64,000 nucleotides of DNA from Podarcis bocagei. Taxonomy: Eukaryota. Below, piece by piece: positions 42,011-55,420 of the stretch. A model generated the notes under the pieces. That model had not been told where the DNA came from and searched no databases. It worked only from the letters and a program-made list of their open reading frames with translations. Made by a program: the position numbers and the translations under genes. Within the stretch, counting starts at the first letter, position 1, and every line of letters begins with the position of its first letter. The stretch is from assembly GCA_964188305.1 (NCBI GenBank), contig OZ076894.1; one strand, given 5' to 3'.

Positions 42011-42240
42011 GTTACAGATGGGTAGCCGTGTTGGTCTGCCATAGTCCAAATAAAAAAATTCCTTCCTGTAGCACCTTAAAGACCAACTAAGTTAGTTCTT
42101 GGTATAAGCTTTCGTGTGCATGCACACTTCTTCAGATACACAGTGTATCTGAAGAAGTGTGCATGCACACGAAAGCTTATACCAAGAACTAACTTAGTTG
42201 GTCTTTAAGGTGCTACAGGAAGGAATTTTTTTATTTGGAC
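42011..42240. mobile_element. Penelope-like element terminal repeat, inverted-duplicated (perfect 98+1+98 palindrome) with hammerhead motif
   Basis: gggtagccgtgttggtctg...gcaccttaaagac...aagctttcgtg matches reptile Penelope termini as I recall them; arms 42044-42141 and 42143-42240; direct repeat ACCAAATTACCA at 41999-42010 and 42239-42250. Confidence 0.8.
42145..42182 (+). ncRNA. Minimal Penelope-type hammerhead ribozyme motif
   Basis: GTAT-CTGAAGA-A-GTGTG(CATG)CACAC-GAAA-GCTT-ATAC: CUGANGA and GAAA cores, stem II, palindromic AAGCTT in place of stem III. Confidence 0.7.
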
Positions 42241-43204
42241 CAAATTACCAAATCCCCTTGCAGATTTAGAAGTACTTTCCTTTGCTGTTCTCCTTTGGCG
42301 TATACGTCACTGAAGCCGTGGATAGGAGCGAACCTGCAGAAGAGTTATCAAGTGATGCTTGAGCTCGTCGTCCCACATCAATCCATTTCGAATCAAAGAG
42401 TGAGAAGCTGTGACTAAGTGTGCTCAGCTGCCGGAGATGTCTCTTTTTACCTCCCTGAAACCTTCTAGTCCATTTTACTTTGGATGTTTCTTTTATCTGC
42501 TCTTCAGGGTCACAAGATGGAAGGACAGATGTGTTTTGCCACTGAGTGCATTGGGATGCTTTGCCATCCCTGTTACCACCACCATACATACGTTCAGCTA
42601 TTCAGCATCAGCTTCCTATTTTATGCAGACTGCTAGTTTCGTTGGCTTCACATTGTTCTCAGCTTTTTTTTTTTTTTTTTTTTTTTTGCCTTTTAATCTT
42701 TTGGCTTCCGGACTAAGAAAAAAAGCAAATGCCAATTCATCTTGAAACCCGTTCTTAAAACACACGATGCAATGGGTTTTGGGAGGGGCCTTGAGTAAGA
42801 CACTGTCCATAGCCTCCCACTCTCCCAGTTCCCCCACCATCGGCGCCAGCTGTTCCTGTTTCTTTTCTCCTTCTTCATCATGACTACCATTCACTTGCTT
42901 GCCAGGCAGCGAGCCAATGAGTAAGCAGGCAGTAACTTCTCCCTACCACTGTTGTCCGAACGAGTAGGTTATAATGGTGAAGAAAATGAGCACGTCCCAG
43001 GAGTGTGAGGGAGCAATAAATCACATGGAGTATGTTTATTAGAAGAAGAACAAGGACCGCTCAGGAGCTGATTCCTCCCATCATCCCTCTGCATCCAACC
43101 AGTCCATGACAAGAAGGGATCTTGCCAGTGACTCTACCTGCTGGGTTATGGGCCCTTTGCAAGCGCCCTGCTATGTTACCGCTTGACACCTGCCCTGCTA
43201 GACG

Positions 43205-43535
43205 CTTGTGAAGGTTGGCAGTTCAAATCCCCGTGACGGGGTGAGCTCCCGTTGCTCTGTTCCAGCTCCTGACAACCTAGCAGTTTGAAAGCACACCAGT
43301 GCAAGTAGATAAATAGGCACCACTGCAGCGGGAAGGCAAACGGCATTTCCGTGCAGTCTGGTTTCCATCACGTTGTTCCATTGCGCCAGAAGCGGTTTAG
43401 TCATGCTGACCACATGACCCAGAAAGCTGTCTGTGGACAAACGCCGTCTCCCTTGGCCTGAAAGAGATGAGCACCGCAACCCCATAGTTGCCTTTGACTG
43501 GACTTAACTGTCCAGGGGTCCTTTACCTTTTTACT
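43205..43535 (+). mobile_element. 5'-truncated Sauria SINE
   Basis: gcaagtagataaataggcac core; cctttaccttttt tail. Confidence 0.88.
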
Positions 43536-43540
43536 TTTTC

Positions 43541-43544
<4 letters not shown>

Positions 43545-43613
<69 letters not shown>
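43545..43613. repeat. (TG)n directly abutting (CA)n
   Basis: Directly visible; self-complementary around gtac at 43578-43581. Confidence 0.95.
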
Positions 43614-43615
<2 letters not shown>

Positions 43616-46600
43616 TATAGGTTAGGAAGGCTCACAAAGATCTGAAAAGTAAGCAGGGCATAATTTGTTAGGGTTTTAATGGAGATTTTGTACACCACGT
43701 TGATATATTTTTATATGAGTTTGCAGTACAGAAATGAATTCACATCATCCTAATTATTATCGTCGAGGAAAATTACACTTTTAGCTCCATTTGAAACATT
43801 CTTAAACCAGTGGTATATGTTCTTTAAAGGACCTTAAAGTTGTCCATATACCTAGCAAGTAAAAGAAGAAGAAGAAAATCAAAGGGGGAATTCCTTCACA
43901 CTGAGGCCTCTGTATTAGCATTCATTAGTAGATTTGACATTGAAATCCTTGGGGTGGCTATAGAAAGTAGTGTTTACAACACCCTTCCCTAACCTGGCCC
44001 TAACCACCAGATATTTTGCACCACAATTTCAATCAGTGCCAATCGGCATGGCAGATGAAAGGGGATGATTGTATTCCAAAATATCCGGAGGGCAGCAGGT
44101 TGAGGAGGGCACATAACATTATTAATTTTGCTGTTTGGGGACAGCAGCCAGAAATAGGTCACTTCCAAGCTGATTGGATCTTGTATTCATTTGATTGCGT
44201 CCTCTATTTATTTGTGTTCTGCATAATTCTTCAAGACATCCATGGCTTGCATTACTTTGTAATGAAAGCATAGTGCACGCACGTGCGTTGTCATCTTTCT
44301 GTACTCAGAGTGTGTATACTTACACATCTGGATGACCATTTTATTGCATCATAAGATACGGACTCCCGAGTCCACAAAAGCTTATGCCCACAACACATAG
44401 TTCAGTCTTTAAGATGCTGCGTGACTCTTGCGTTGGTTTGATTCACAAGGAAAGATTCGTGCACACCTAAATCTGTCCTGTTGAAAACACTTTGAGTTGT
44501 TCTATTCACAGCTGAGCTCTTTTATGATTGCAGTTTCCGTAACACCTTTCAAATTATACAAACCCAATCACTGCATGGTTTGTTGGTGTTGTTTTCACGG
44601 TGCCCTTCAAAAGGAGCGCAGAAGTTCTTGCGGTTTTATACTCATCTTGTCGCTGCCAGGTTGACATGCAAAATGAATTATTCATAATTCCATTTGGCCT
44701 TGCGCTGCACTTGTCTCAATCTGTCAGTATCACTGACAAAATGAAAAGGGAGCTTCCACGTCTCCCCCTCCCCCAAGTATTAGTGCATTCTTGCTGTGCT
44801 GTTACATAACCAGTATTCCCCCATCACCTCAGAACTGAGTGGGGATTCCTTCGCTGCAGTGCCAAGAAGAAATATTTCTTCTTCTTTCTTCTTCTTCTTC
44901 TTCTTCTTCTTCCCCCAACCCATTTTTTAAAAGGTATTAAACACTGTTTTTGTTATTTCTCTCTATCCAGACATTGAACCTCAAAGTAGATTGCAAGAAT
45001 ACATATAATAAGCAATACAACCTTGCATCTTGTTTCTCCCCTCATCAATCCTGATATTTTTAAACCATAAGTCAGTGGTTCCCAAACTTCTTTTTCCACT
45101 TCAACCTTTCTAAAGATCTTGCATTTTCAGCTACCTCCTAGAGCAGGTATTGGGGACCTTGTTTCTGTCAAGGGCTGCATTCCCTTTGGCGTAATCTTTC
45201 AGGAGTTGAATGCCAATGGGGGTTAAGGCCACAGCTATATATGGGCAGGGCTACTCCTTTTCTTTCCTTTCTCTTTCTCTCCTACCTTTTTTCCCTGTCC
45301 AGCAGCTTGCTGGGGGAGGAGCAGGTCGTTGTTTCCTCTCCCCTTTCCATTGCTGTAACCATTTTGATTTTTCCACCCACTGTCCTCCTCTTCTCACCCC
45401 CCACCTCAGACTTCCCACCAATAAAATTCAGCAGAGGACTGCAGGTTTCCCACCCAGTCCTAAAGGTTGAAATGGATGGGTTTCAGTGGTCCTTCTCTTG
45501 AAAGAATTTAAAACTTCTGAAATGCCTGAGCAGCATTTTACTATAGAGCAACCATGTTTTTGTCTTTTTAGCAAAAGTTATTCTGAGGGACTTCTAGTGA
45601 GGAAAGAAGCTACTTTTCATACCCGGCTCAGGTGTGACTGAGATATGAAGCATTTTCAGTGACAGACAGGGTTCACATTCGCTGAAAAGCCTTGATCCAG
45701 ACAGAAAATACCCTTTATGGCGACAGAATCACCACTGATTAAACAGGCTAGACATTTGAATGCTCCGGAATCTCAGATATAAAACCCTAAACTTGAAGTT
45801 GGGAGCCTTTGGATATCCACGCAAAAATACGCTGTTATGTTGACATGGCCTAAACAAGAGAGAAGCTAAATGATGGCCGCCTCTCTACTACATGCACAAC
45901 TGCAGCTAAAGTGCAACTTTGTGATCCGGACACTGACTTGCTCCTTCCCTGGAGAGACTCTCAAGCGTATGCTGTTTAATCTCCTATATCTTTCTCCAGT
46001 TTGTGCACGTTTGTCCCATCCTCTTCAGACCTTGTGCATGACAGACACGTCAGCGTTTCCCCATTGTCTTGAAATGGCTGGTGCATGTTCTTTTAAGGGG
46101 CAGAGTCCAGCAGCCCAGGATGTCCCTTCCGCTTGCTATCAAAGTGTGTGGCTGTGTTTGTAATGAAGCATATTTACTTCCTTATGACAGTGATGTTTGC
46201 TTTACAGTACTTTGGGTCCAAAGATATTTGCTGACAGGTGTTAAGCACTTCTAAAGGAGCAGGGGGTGAGATCGAGTCCTTTTAATAGTCCCATACTGTG
46301 TGTGAATGGGCATTACTTGTGGCTTACCTACTTGGGAAGTATATATGACCTGACAGCCTGATGCTCTGGGTTGTTGAAGGTCACCAATAAATAGAAACAT
46401 CCAGCGGCTTTAAGTAATTTACATAAGCAGTGCTTTCCAGGAACGAATGATGGCCAACTTTTGCCTCTCTGCCTTATGAAAAAGGCTCTGCGGATCAATT
46501 TGTCCAGAGTATAGAAATAGTATGGCAAACTGCTAGCAAGATTGGGTGGCAGTTTTATAATTTATGCAATATTTTAGGGAGAAATAGTGCCCACCATTTG

Positions 46601-47072
46601 ATGTTTTTTTATGCCCAAATGAGGATGAACATCTTGGGATGCTTTTTTTAAAAAAGGGTGACAGTGTTTGGTCAAACTAATTTAAATGAGAGGGGGGGGG
46701 GAGATTTTGGCCTGATTCGCTTGTCTCTCAATGTGTTGGTTGTGCTTATCAAGCAGGGAGAAAGATTCTGCTAGTTTAATGATAAAGTAGTTTTTTAAAA
46801 AATAATCTGGGGAGAAAGTGAGAATGACTAAACAGTGGAAGTTGCCGTTACAAATAAAGGGATTGTAATTATTGTTTCTGATTTTTCAGGTGCTCATGAG
46901 CACTTTGAAATATGCAATAGGCAATTTTTCTTCTTTACAATAACATTAAAGTAGCTTGTGAAGTGGTGAATGCAGGATTAGAGGAGAATATGCTCACTTA
47001 AAAATGCTGCTTTAAATCAGATGTACAGTGTAGTGAAGGTAGCTTAGTTTTTCCAACTCTTAGCAGGACCTA

Positions 47073-47225
47073 CCGTATTTTTCGCCCTATAGGACGCACT
47101 TTTCAAAATGAAGGGGAAATGTGTGTGCGTCCTATGGGGCAAATGCAGGCTTTCGCTGAAGCCTGGAGAGCGAGGGGGGTCAGTGCGCACCGACCCCTCT
47201 CGCTCTCCAGGCTTCAGGAAGCTAT
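47073..47225. mobile_element. Tc2/pogo-like MITE end fragment with GC-rich hairpin
   Basis: TA-CCGTATTTTTCGC terminus, similar to the element at 24616; only one end present. Confidence 0.7.
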
Positions 47226-47648
47226 CTGCTATCTACCTGTAGCTCTGAAGGGTTGGTCATCTGATCCTCTGTGCCTGTAATTAAATGAAAAAATTAGATG
47301 TAAGTGCACTCTGTGCATTAAGTGTAGCATGTAGTTTGGCCCTGAGCTTTCAATGTGGGCATCTTGTTAACAAAGAGGGATGAAAAGAGCCCTGTGAGGA
47401 AGAGTCTTCAGAATCTATCCTGGAACTCTTCTGTTTTGTGTAGATACATTAAAATAAACTCATATTTGAGCATTTATCAATTTAACAAATTTATAAAACG
47501 CTTCGTGGTCCGAGGCAATCAACGCAATCAATGACAGTAAATGCACAAAATTTAAAAAATAATTAAACAGTTTTTGTAAACTGAAGACAATAAAAAAAAG
47601 GTTCTGCGTCTTCTTTGTAGGCGTTTAAAGAAATGATGACTTACGTGA

Positions 47649-47807
<159 letters not shown>

Positions 47808-47860
47808 TGACTTACCCATTTCCTCTCTGTATCTATCCTGCTGTGCCATCTTATTCACAT

Positions 47861-48030
47861 GGAAACTAAGAAGCTGCCTTAGATCATTGGCCAGTCTAGT
47901 TCAGTATTGTCAACACCGATTGGCAGCAGCTCTCAGGGGTTTTGAGTCAGAGTCCTTTGCAGCTGTACCTGGAGATGCCAGGGATTGAACCTGGAATCTT
48001 TTGCATGCAAAGCATGCATTCTCCCGCTTC
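47861..48030 (-). mobile_element. Squam3-like tRNA-derived SINE
   Basis: Reverse complement reads ...tgctttgcatgcaaaagattccaggttcaatccctggcatctccaggta...aaggcagcttc. Confidence 0.75.
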
Positions 48031-49005
48031 CTCAGGTGGGTGTGTTTTGGGCACTTCCTGTACTTTATCCCTAGTCACCATTCTAGCTGATTCTTCCCTC
48101 AAACAGCTCCCCCCCCCCAACACACCTCTTGAGAAATGCTGAGCATTAAATCTTTTTGTGCACAATCCTCCAGGAAGTTACTAGTGGCTTTTTTTCCACA
48201 GCTCCCATACAGCTGAGCCTACTTCACAGGGTTGTTCTGAGGGTAGCATGGGATCTGTACCACCTTCAGTTCAATGGAAGAAGAGCAGGGTACAAATTTA
48301 ATAAGCGGTGGTCTCTTATCTTCATTGTCAAAATGAAGTTTTGTGGGCCCAAGACTTGATTACTGTCACTCTTTCCCCTTCCCCTTTTATTGGGGCCTAT
48401 ATCTCCTCCATATAATGATACCAGGTCAACCGGGAGTCACTTTGTGAACATGATGATATCATGATAATACAATAGTCAGCCAGGGTAGTTACATCACTGA
48501 GGGAAAACCAGATCATCAAAGATGTCTTGGAGTGTGTTGGATCACCTGTCATGTACCGCAGGCCTGATCCTGCAAAATCTCTTTAAGGAGCTCAGCTTAC
48601 ACCTGATTCTCTCTTAGCAATTTGCCGCAACCCTATAGAGCTCCCTCTCCAGGACGCTGGGGGTGGGAGAGCAGTTGAGGAAAGATAATTCAGAAATTGG
48701 GTGGGGTGCAAGTTCACTTTTCTAGAGGGGCTGAAGGAAGAATACAGGAAGCTTTCTCCCCATGTACCTGTTGAGATTCTCTGAATCCATTTGCCTTTTT
48801 CAGAGCTGAAAGCCTGAAATTCTTGAGACGGATTCATAAATGCCTATTTCAGAACAAGGAGCAGTAGATCTCTTTCCCTACAGATAGTTAAAGTTGGAAG
48901 AGTTGCTGAAAATGCAGTAGACTCACAAATATCTAAAGTATGTTCTAAAAGAGTGACTGATGTTATATGGATTGTTTTACAAGAATGATACTTTCTTTTT
49001 TTAAG

Positions 49006-49089
49006 GTTTTGCTGGTACGCCAGGATATCTTTCCCCAGAGGTACTACGAAAAGATCCCTATGGAAAGCCAGTAGACATGTGGGCGTGTG
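49006..49089 (+). CDS. CAMK2D: CAMK2D exon 8 (84 nt): (G)[27 protein letters not shown](G)
   Basis: tttttaag|GTTTTG...GCGTGTG|gtaaga. Confidence 0.97.
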
Positions 49090-49689
49090 GTAAGATCTTT
49101 TTTTATTTCTGGGGTTTTCTTTTTCTTCCTTTAAAAGCCTCTGTAAGCGAGCTTTTATATTTCATTGCTTTGCTCCTCCTAAAAACCTCTGCTAGATACT
49201 ATTTTTTATAGACCCATTTTTTACGGTATATAACTTTCCAAGACAGTTTACAATAAATCATTGCAATGTAATTAAAATCATGTGGACGTGGGCTGGCATA
49301 AATTTGGAGGAGGAGAAGGAGAGATTTGAAGGATGTTGGTAGGCAGGAGAATAGAGCTGGCCCCTCTTCCTCCTTCCTGGGCTGCATCAAGAGGCATTTG
49401 AACCCCATTCCTGCTCTAGGGGGAAAGGGCAGGTACCTTTATTCAGGGGAGATTTGGGTGGAGTAAAGAGATAGTGAAAGAATATATACAGCCCTTCCAT
49501 CAGCAAATGGCTCTGATCTAAATATGAGCCCCATTTCGCATCAACACAGCGCCCGTCCAAATCTGCTTGAAAGGTTTGTTTGCTCTTTTTATAAGCTGGG
49601 TGATCCAATTGCAGAAAGCTGTGTCAGTTCCCTTGGAAAATATTTATTTGAGTCGTTTTGACTTAGTTTAATGCTGTTGTCACACCACA

Positions 49690-50410
<721 letters not shown>

Positions 50411-52136
50411 TGATGATAGCTCACTATAATATGATAATAGTGGGGATGACAGTGATGTAAAACGGCCAAGTATTAGCTTGTGATTCTAGCATCCAGTCAT
50501 TCCTATGATGCGTTGCTGTTTTTTCTTTCATTCCTATAATCTGCCTACCATTTTAATATACGAGCAACATTGCACAATTAACTGTTCAGGAACTTTAAAG
50601 AACTAACGTATGGGAAAAGCAGCTGTGATGTAACAAGAGAAACCACAAGATTGTATATCCCAGGGATCCCCCCCCCCAACCTTTTTGAGTCCAGGGACAC
50701 ATACAGGGAACAATGATTTGCACCACAAAATGCCCATTTCACTGAAGAAAAAAATGGGAGTTCTCATAACCCCCAGACAAAACACCTATACACCCGCCCC
50801 AAAGCAAATAAAACACCAACAGAATAAATAGCCCAGCCCAGCCCACAAATCAAGTGACCTCTTCACAACCAGACAAATCTCCCTAAAGCCAACAAAGCTC
50901 AATTAAAAATAAAAATTGAGAGTGGTGGTGGCCATGTTGCCATGTTGTTTATATGAACAAAGGCTGACTTGATTTCTTTTTGAGGTAAAACAAGGTGTAC
51001 ATTTTCAAAATAATAAATAACTGATGACATAAACAAGGGGTATGGAAGATTTGGTCTTCCTGGTGCTTCTGTACTGCACATGCCCATGACCCACTGTACG
51101 TGCTGAAGGTAGCTGATGGGAGCTGGAGTCCAAGAACATCTGATTTCTGTTCGCTGTCACAAACAAAACTCCCTCTATGTAGTTCTTAATGCCTTTTTAA
51201 ATTGTCCCTGTCTCTATTACACACACCTATAACGGATGTTCCTCTCTATACAAACTCGCCCCTCCCCTTACATTTTCTGGTGCTGCTTACATTTCCTCAT
51301 TTCACTCTTCAGTTAAATTTGTCACAGATTCCCGCAGCTGTGATCTCTCTTGGTTCGCTTGCAAGTTTGCATATGTGTGCCCGGGACGGAGAATTGTGAA
51401 ATGAGCCATGCAAGATACCAGCACCGCCTACAGTATATCCATCATACTTTCTCACAGCTCAGAATCCTTGAGTCTGGCAGCTGCAGAAGCGGCAGCCAAA
51501 AGACGTTTCAGAATTATGAGATGTTTCCCCCCCTCCTGTCAAGCTCATTCCTATGTGATGCCCATAGTGATGTGTTTTCAAATGGACAAATGTCTATTCT
51601 TCAGCATGATTATCCTCTTTGCTGACTCGGAGGACTCCTTTGTGCAAATTGCCTTTCATAATGTAATAGTCTGCTCTCAGGAGCACAGCCAGCAAACTTA
51701 ACAGGTGTTTGTGCTTTCCCTGGTGATGTGGCTGCTTGTGGTAATCAACAACCAAGAATTAGTGCCATTCAGAAGTGGGTATCCCTTCTCACCTGTTTTA
51801 GGAGATTATTCTCACCTGTTCTCCCCAGCACGTCACTTCATATTGCTCGTTGTTGCTTTTTATTTAGATATTTTTAGGCTTTGCTGTGCCTCTTGGGGTC
51901 GTTTACATTCTTTTTCTCTAATAAAACAAACAGACATAACGTGTGTGTGTGTGTTTCAATTAATTTTCTGGGTCCACTCCCATTTTATGCTTCTTTGATT
52001 TGATTCAACTTGCTTAGAAATCAGGGGATTTGAAGGCCCAGAAAGCATAGAATAACAGCCATTGAAATTCCTTTCAAATTCTCTGTGTCAAAGAATCTTG
52101 ATTATGTGTGACATGGATATGTTTTTTTTTTCCAAG

Positions 52137-52259
52137 TTTCCTTCACCAGAATGGGACACGGTGACCCCAGAAGCCAAAGACCTCATCAACAAAATGCTTA
52201 CAATCAATCCTGCCAAACGTATCAATGCATCAGAGGCCCTCAAACACCCCTGGATCTGT
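52137..52259 (+). CDS. CAMK2D: CAMK2D exon 10 (123 nt): [41 protein letters not shown]
   Basis: ttttccaag|TTTCCT...ATCTGT|gtaagt; lies within ORF 52062..52478. Confidence 0.97.
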
Positions 52260-52849
52260 GTAAGTAGGATTCTACTAGCTGTCTTCTTTGGTCAGAGGGC
52301 CAAAACTTGTATCCCATGCCTTTCTATTCCACTTGCAGTAAAATATTTCATGATTTCCTTCCGTGATTACCTGAAATCTCAGCTCAGTGCTGTAGTCAAC
52401 AATTTGAGAGCCAGAGTGATGATTAGATTGTTACCTAGCCCAGGGGAGATCTGGGTTCAAGCCCTCATTCAGCCATGAAGTTCATGGTCTGATTGTCACC
52501 ATCCCTCTTAGTCAACTAACCTCAGATGGTGGTTGTTGTAATAAAAATGGGATGGGGAAGAACTGAATACACCACTCTGAATTCCGTGGGAGGTAATTTG
52601 GATATTAGTATAAAAAATAAATACATTTAGAAATCTGATAATTAGAATTGTTGCTGCCCAATGAGAATCATTTTTATATTAATAGCCAGGGCACCACAAT
52701 TATAATTAACCTTTTCACCTTAAGGTGAATTATATTGTAATAATAGTCTGTAAATTCAAATAAGGTGTAGGGGATATGTGTTTTCGGTTCACAGAACACC
52801 AGTTTCAATAACTGGAGTTCGGCAGTACCACGAATACTACAGTGGAGCA

Positions 52850-53400
52850 CAAATACCTATCTCACCCTTATACAGTTAACCCATATTAGCTCTTCCTCCT
52901 CACTAAAATGTTAGAGAGGTTGTGGAACATTAGGCTCTAATCAATATATGTGGTGGACATTTGGGAAAGTGACTCAGTTCTGGGAGGAAGTATTTGTTGA
53001 AATAAAAGCAATTACTGGACAAAACATCTTTCAGTGTCCAGAGCTGTTACTGCTCATTTTTCCCCCCGAGGCAGATAAAATGAACTTACATCTCAAACCT
53101 CTAATAAGTTCTCCTTTACTAGCAGGCAGGCTGATAATAATGAGTTGCTGGAAGAACTTAGAGGGTGCTGCTCTGACAAATTGGTACAATAAAGTATGGC
53201 AAATAGCACTTGTTGGAAAAATGGACTAATAAAATAAAATTGGCACAAGGTTTAAGGCACAAATGCTTTCTTTTTTGTAACTCACTGGTATGGCTTTAGT
53301 GTGCATATGGCTAAAAAATGAACAGGGGACTCCCTTCACATTATAAAGCCTTTTGGTTAAATTAAGCTGCTTACTGCTTTCTATACAAATGGTAATCTGG
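52850..53400 (+). mobile_element. Old L1 ORF2 C-terminal remnant
   Basis: ORF 52948..53229 (MWWTFGKVTQFWEEVFVEIKAITG...PELLLL...W) resembles the region after the L1 zinc knuckle; boundaries approximate. Confidence 0.7.
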
Positions 53401-54051
53401 GATAAGAATTTAGTATGTTATTTTGCATGTATTGCCCAAGCACCATCTTCTGGTGAACCCACAAGGACCCTGAGATTATAATCTTATGCCTTTATTTGTT
53501 TGCCTCCCCCATGAGAGGTCCAGAGGGTGGCAACACGAGAATGGGCCTTTTCTGCGGTAGGGTTTAGGGTGGGATATGTTACTGCTTAAGTGTACGATGT
53601 TGTTATATCCTGTAAGAATCTACTAAAACGAAAACAACCACAGTATAATACTGCATTGTAATATTGAACAAAACTACAATGCAATAAAAAAACCCCTCAC
53701 AAATCCTTAACCTCATTTCCATTGAATTCTATAGGACTTACTTCTGATTATGCCTGGTTTAAATCCTGTTTAAATACAGTTCATTATATTGAAGAGCCCA
53801 CCACTATTAATTAAACACTTCAGACTCTAAAGTTTAGATATGAGGACCTTGCACTGCTCTCTGATCATCTCAAAGGATTATTGTTGTTAAAGCAGGGCAA
53901 TTGTGGGGTTGTTTTTGTTTTATTTAGTTGCAGAACCAGTCAAATGGTGGGAAGAGTCTTGTCATTTTCATCAAGGGCTCCAGAGTTTGTCATTGGCATC
54001 TGGAAGTAGCTCCAGAAAACATTGTTCATGGAGATTGTTAATACTGAATAA

Positions 54052-54231
<180 letters not shown>

Positions 54232-55377
54232 TAGTTGAGAAACTGAAAGCATATAGTTAGTGTCTCTTAAAAGCAGCAGGTATTCATTAGCTGAGTGTCT
54301 GTATTCTCTATGGCTGCTTCTCCCTCTCTCATACGTGACATTAACGTTTCCCTAATATTGCACCTCTTTCCCCCTTGAGTTCTCTCCTACCACCAAACAG
54401 TTTCTTGGGGGGAGGGGGTTGGAGGGGGGGAATGTTTCAAAAACAAAAGCCCTCTCACAAATCAAGTTCTCAGTAAACGACAGACTGGGAATGTTTATGC
54501 ATACTAACTGTATATGCATACTTCAGCTTGCAACATTTGACTTACCATCATTCTGATCCAGTACTTCCAGTATATTTGCTCCCCTCCCCTCTGTACTGTC
54601 CAGGAATGTTCCATAGATCATTTCCAAATGTTAAAGAAAACAGAGGACCTCTTGCTCATACAGAGTTCCTCCCACTTCAGAGTCCTTGCAAAGATTTCAA
54701 TTAGCGACAGCACCTCTGCTCCATGAGTCCTGTTGTAGACTGAATGAGAGAGCGCCTGTTTGCACACCTCCACTCCACATTAACGGTGATGCAGGGTTTT
54801 CTTTCAGTAAAGTCTAAACTGATTAACAAAGGATTTTAACTTCTGACCTACACATTTAGAAAATTATATTATTCAGTATTATTAAAAAAAAAATTTTTTG
54901 GGAGAGCTTTGCAAATAGTTTTGAACAGGCCTGTGTTCCTTGAGGCAATCTATCCTTTACACATTTTATACACCCTCTATTTATGCTTCAGGCAAGCAGC
55001 CAGTACTGTATTGTTTCATTGAGATTTTAGCGTGGGCTACAGTTCTGCCTGCCCATTTTTTAAAACTGAATTGCATCCTCGTCTTGGTTTTAACGTGGGA
55101 AATTGATTCCAGTATTTTGAACTGTTTTTATTGTCACTTTTATTTTTTTGATTTTTTTGTGTAAGCTTTTGAGTTTATCTCATCAGGAAAGGCTGGGTAT
55201 AAATTTTAAAATAAAGAAGCATGTTACATAGTCACATGGGCCATTTAAACTTTTCAAATGTAGGAAATGTTACCCAACAGCAGGCCTCTGTGTGTTTGAA
55301 ATAAGAGAGAGATCCTTTTGCTTATCTTCAGATATACTCTAGAGGATACTGACTTACTATGTTGAATGTCTTTTTAG

Positions 55378-55420
55378 GGTGCCATTTTGACAACTATGCT
55401 GGCTACAAGAAATTTCTCAG
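55378..55420 (+). CDS. CAMK2D: CAMK2D exon 12 (43 nt): GAILTTMLATRNFS(A), calmodulin-binding segment with T306/T307
   Basis: tttttag|GGTGCC...TTCTCAG|gtatgt. Confidence 0.97.
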
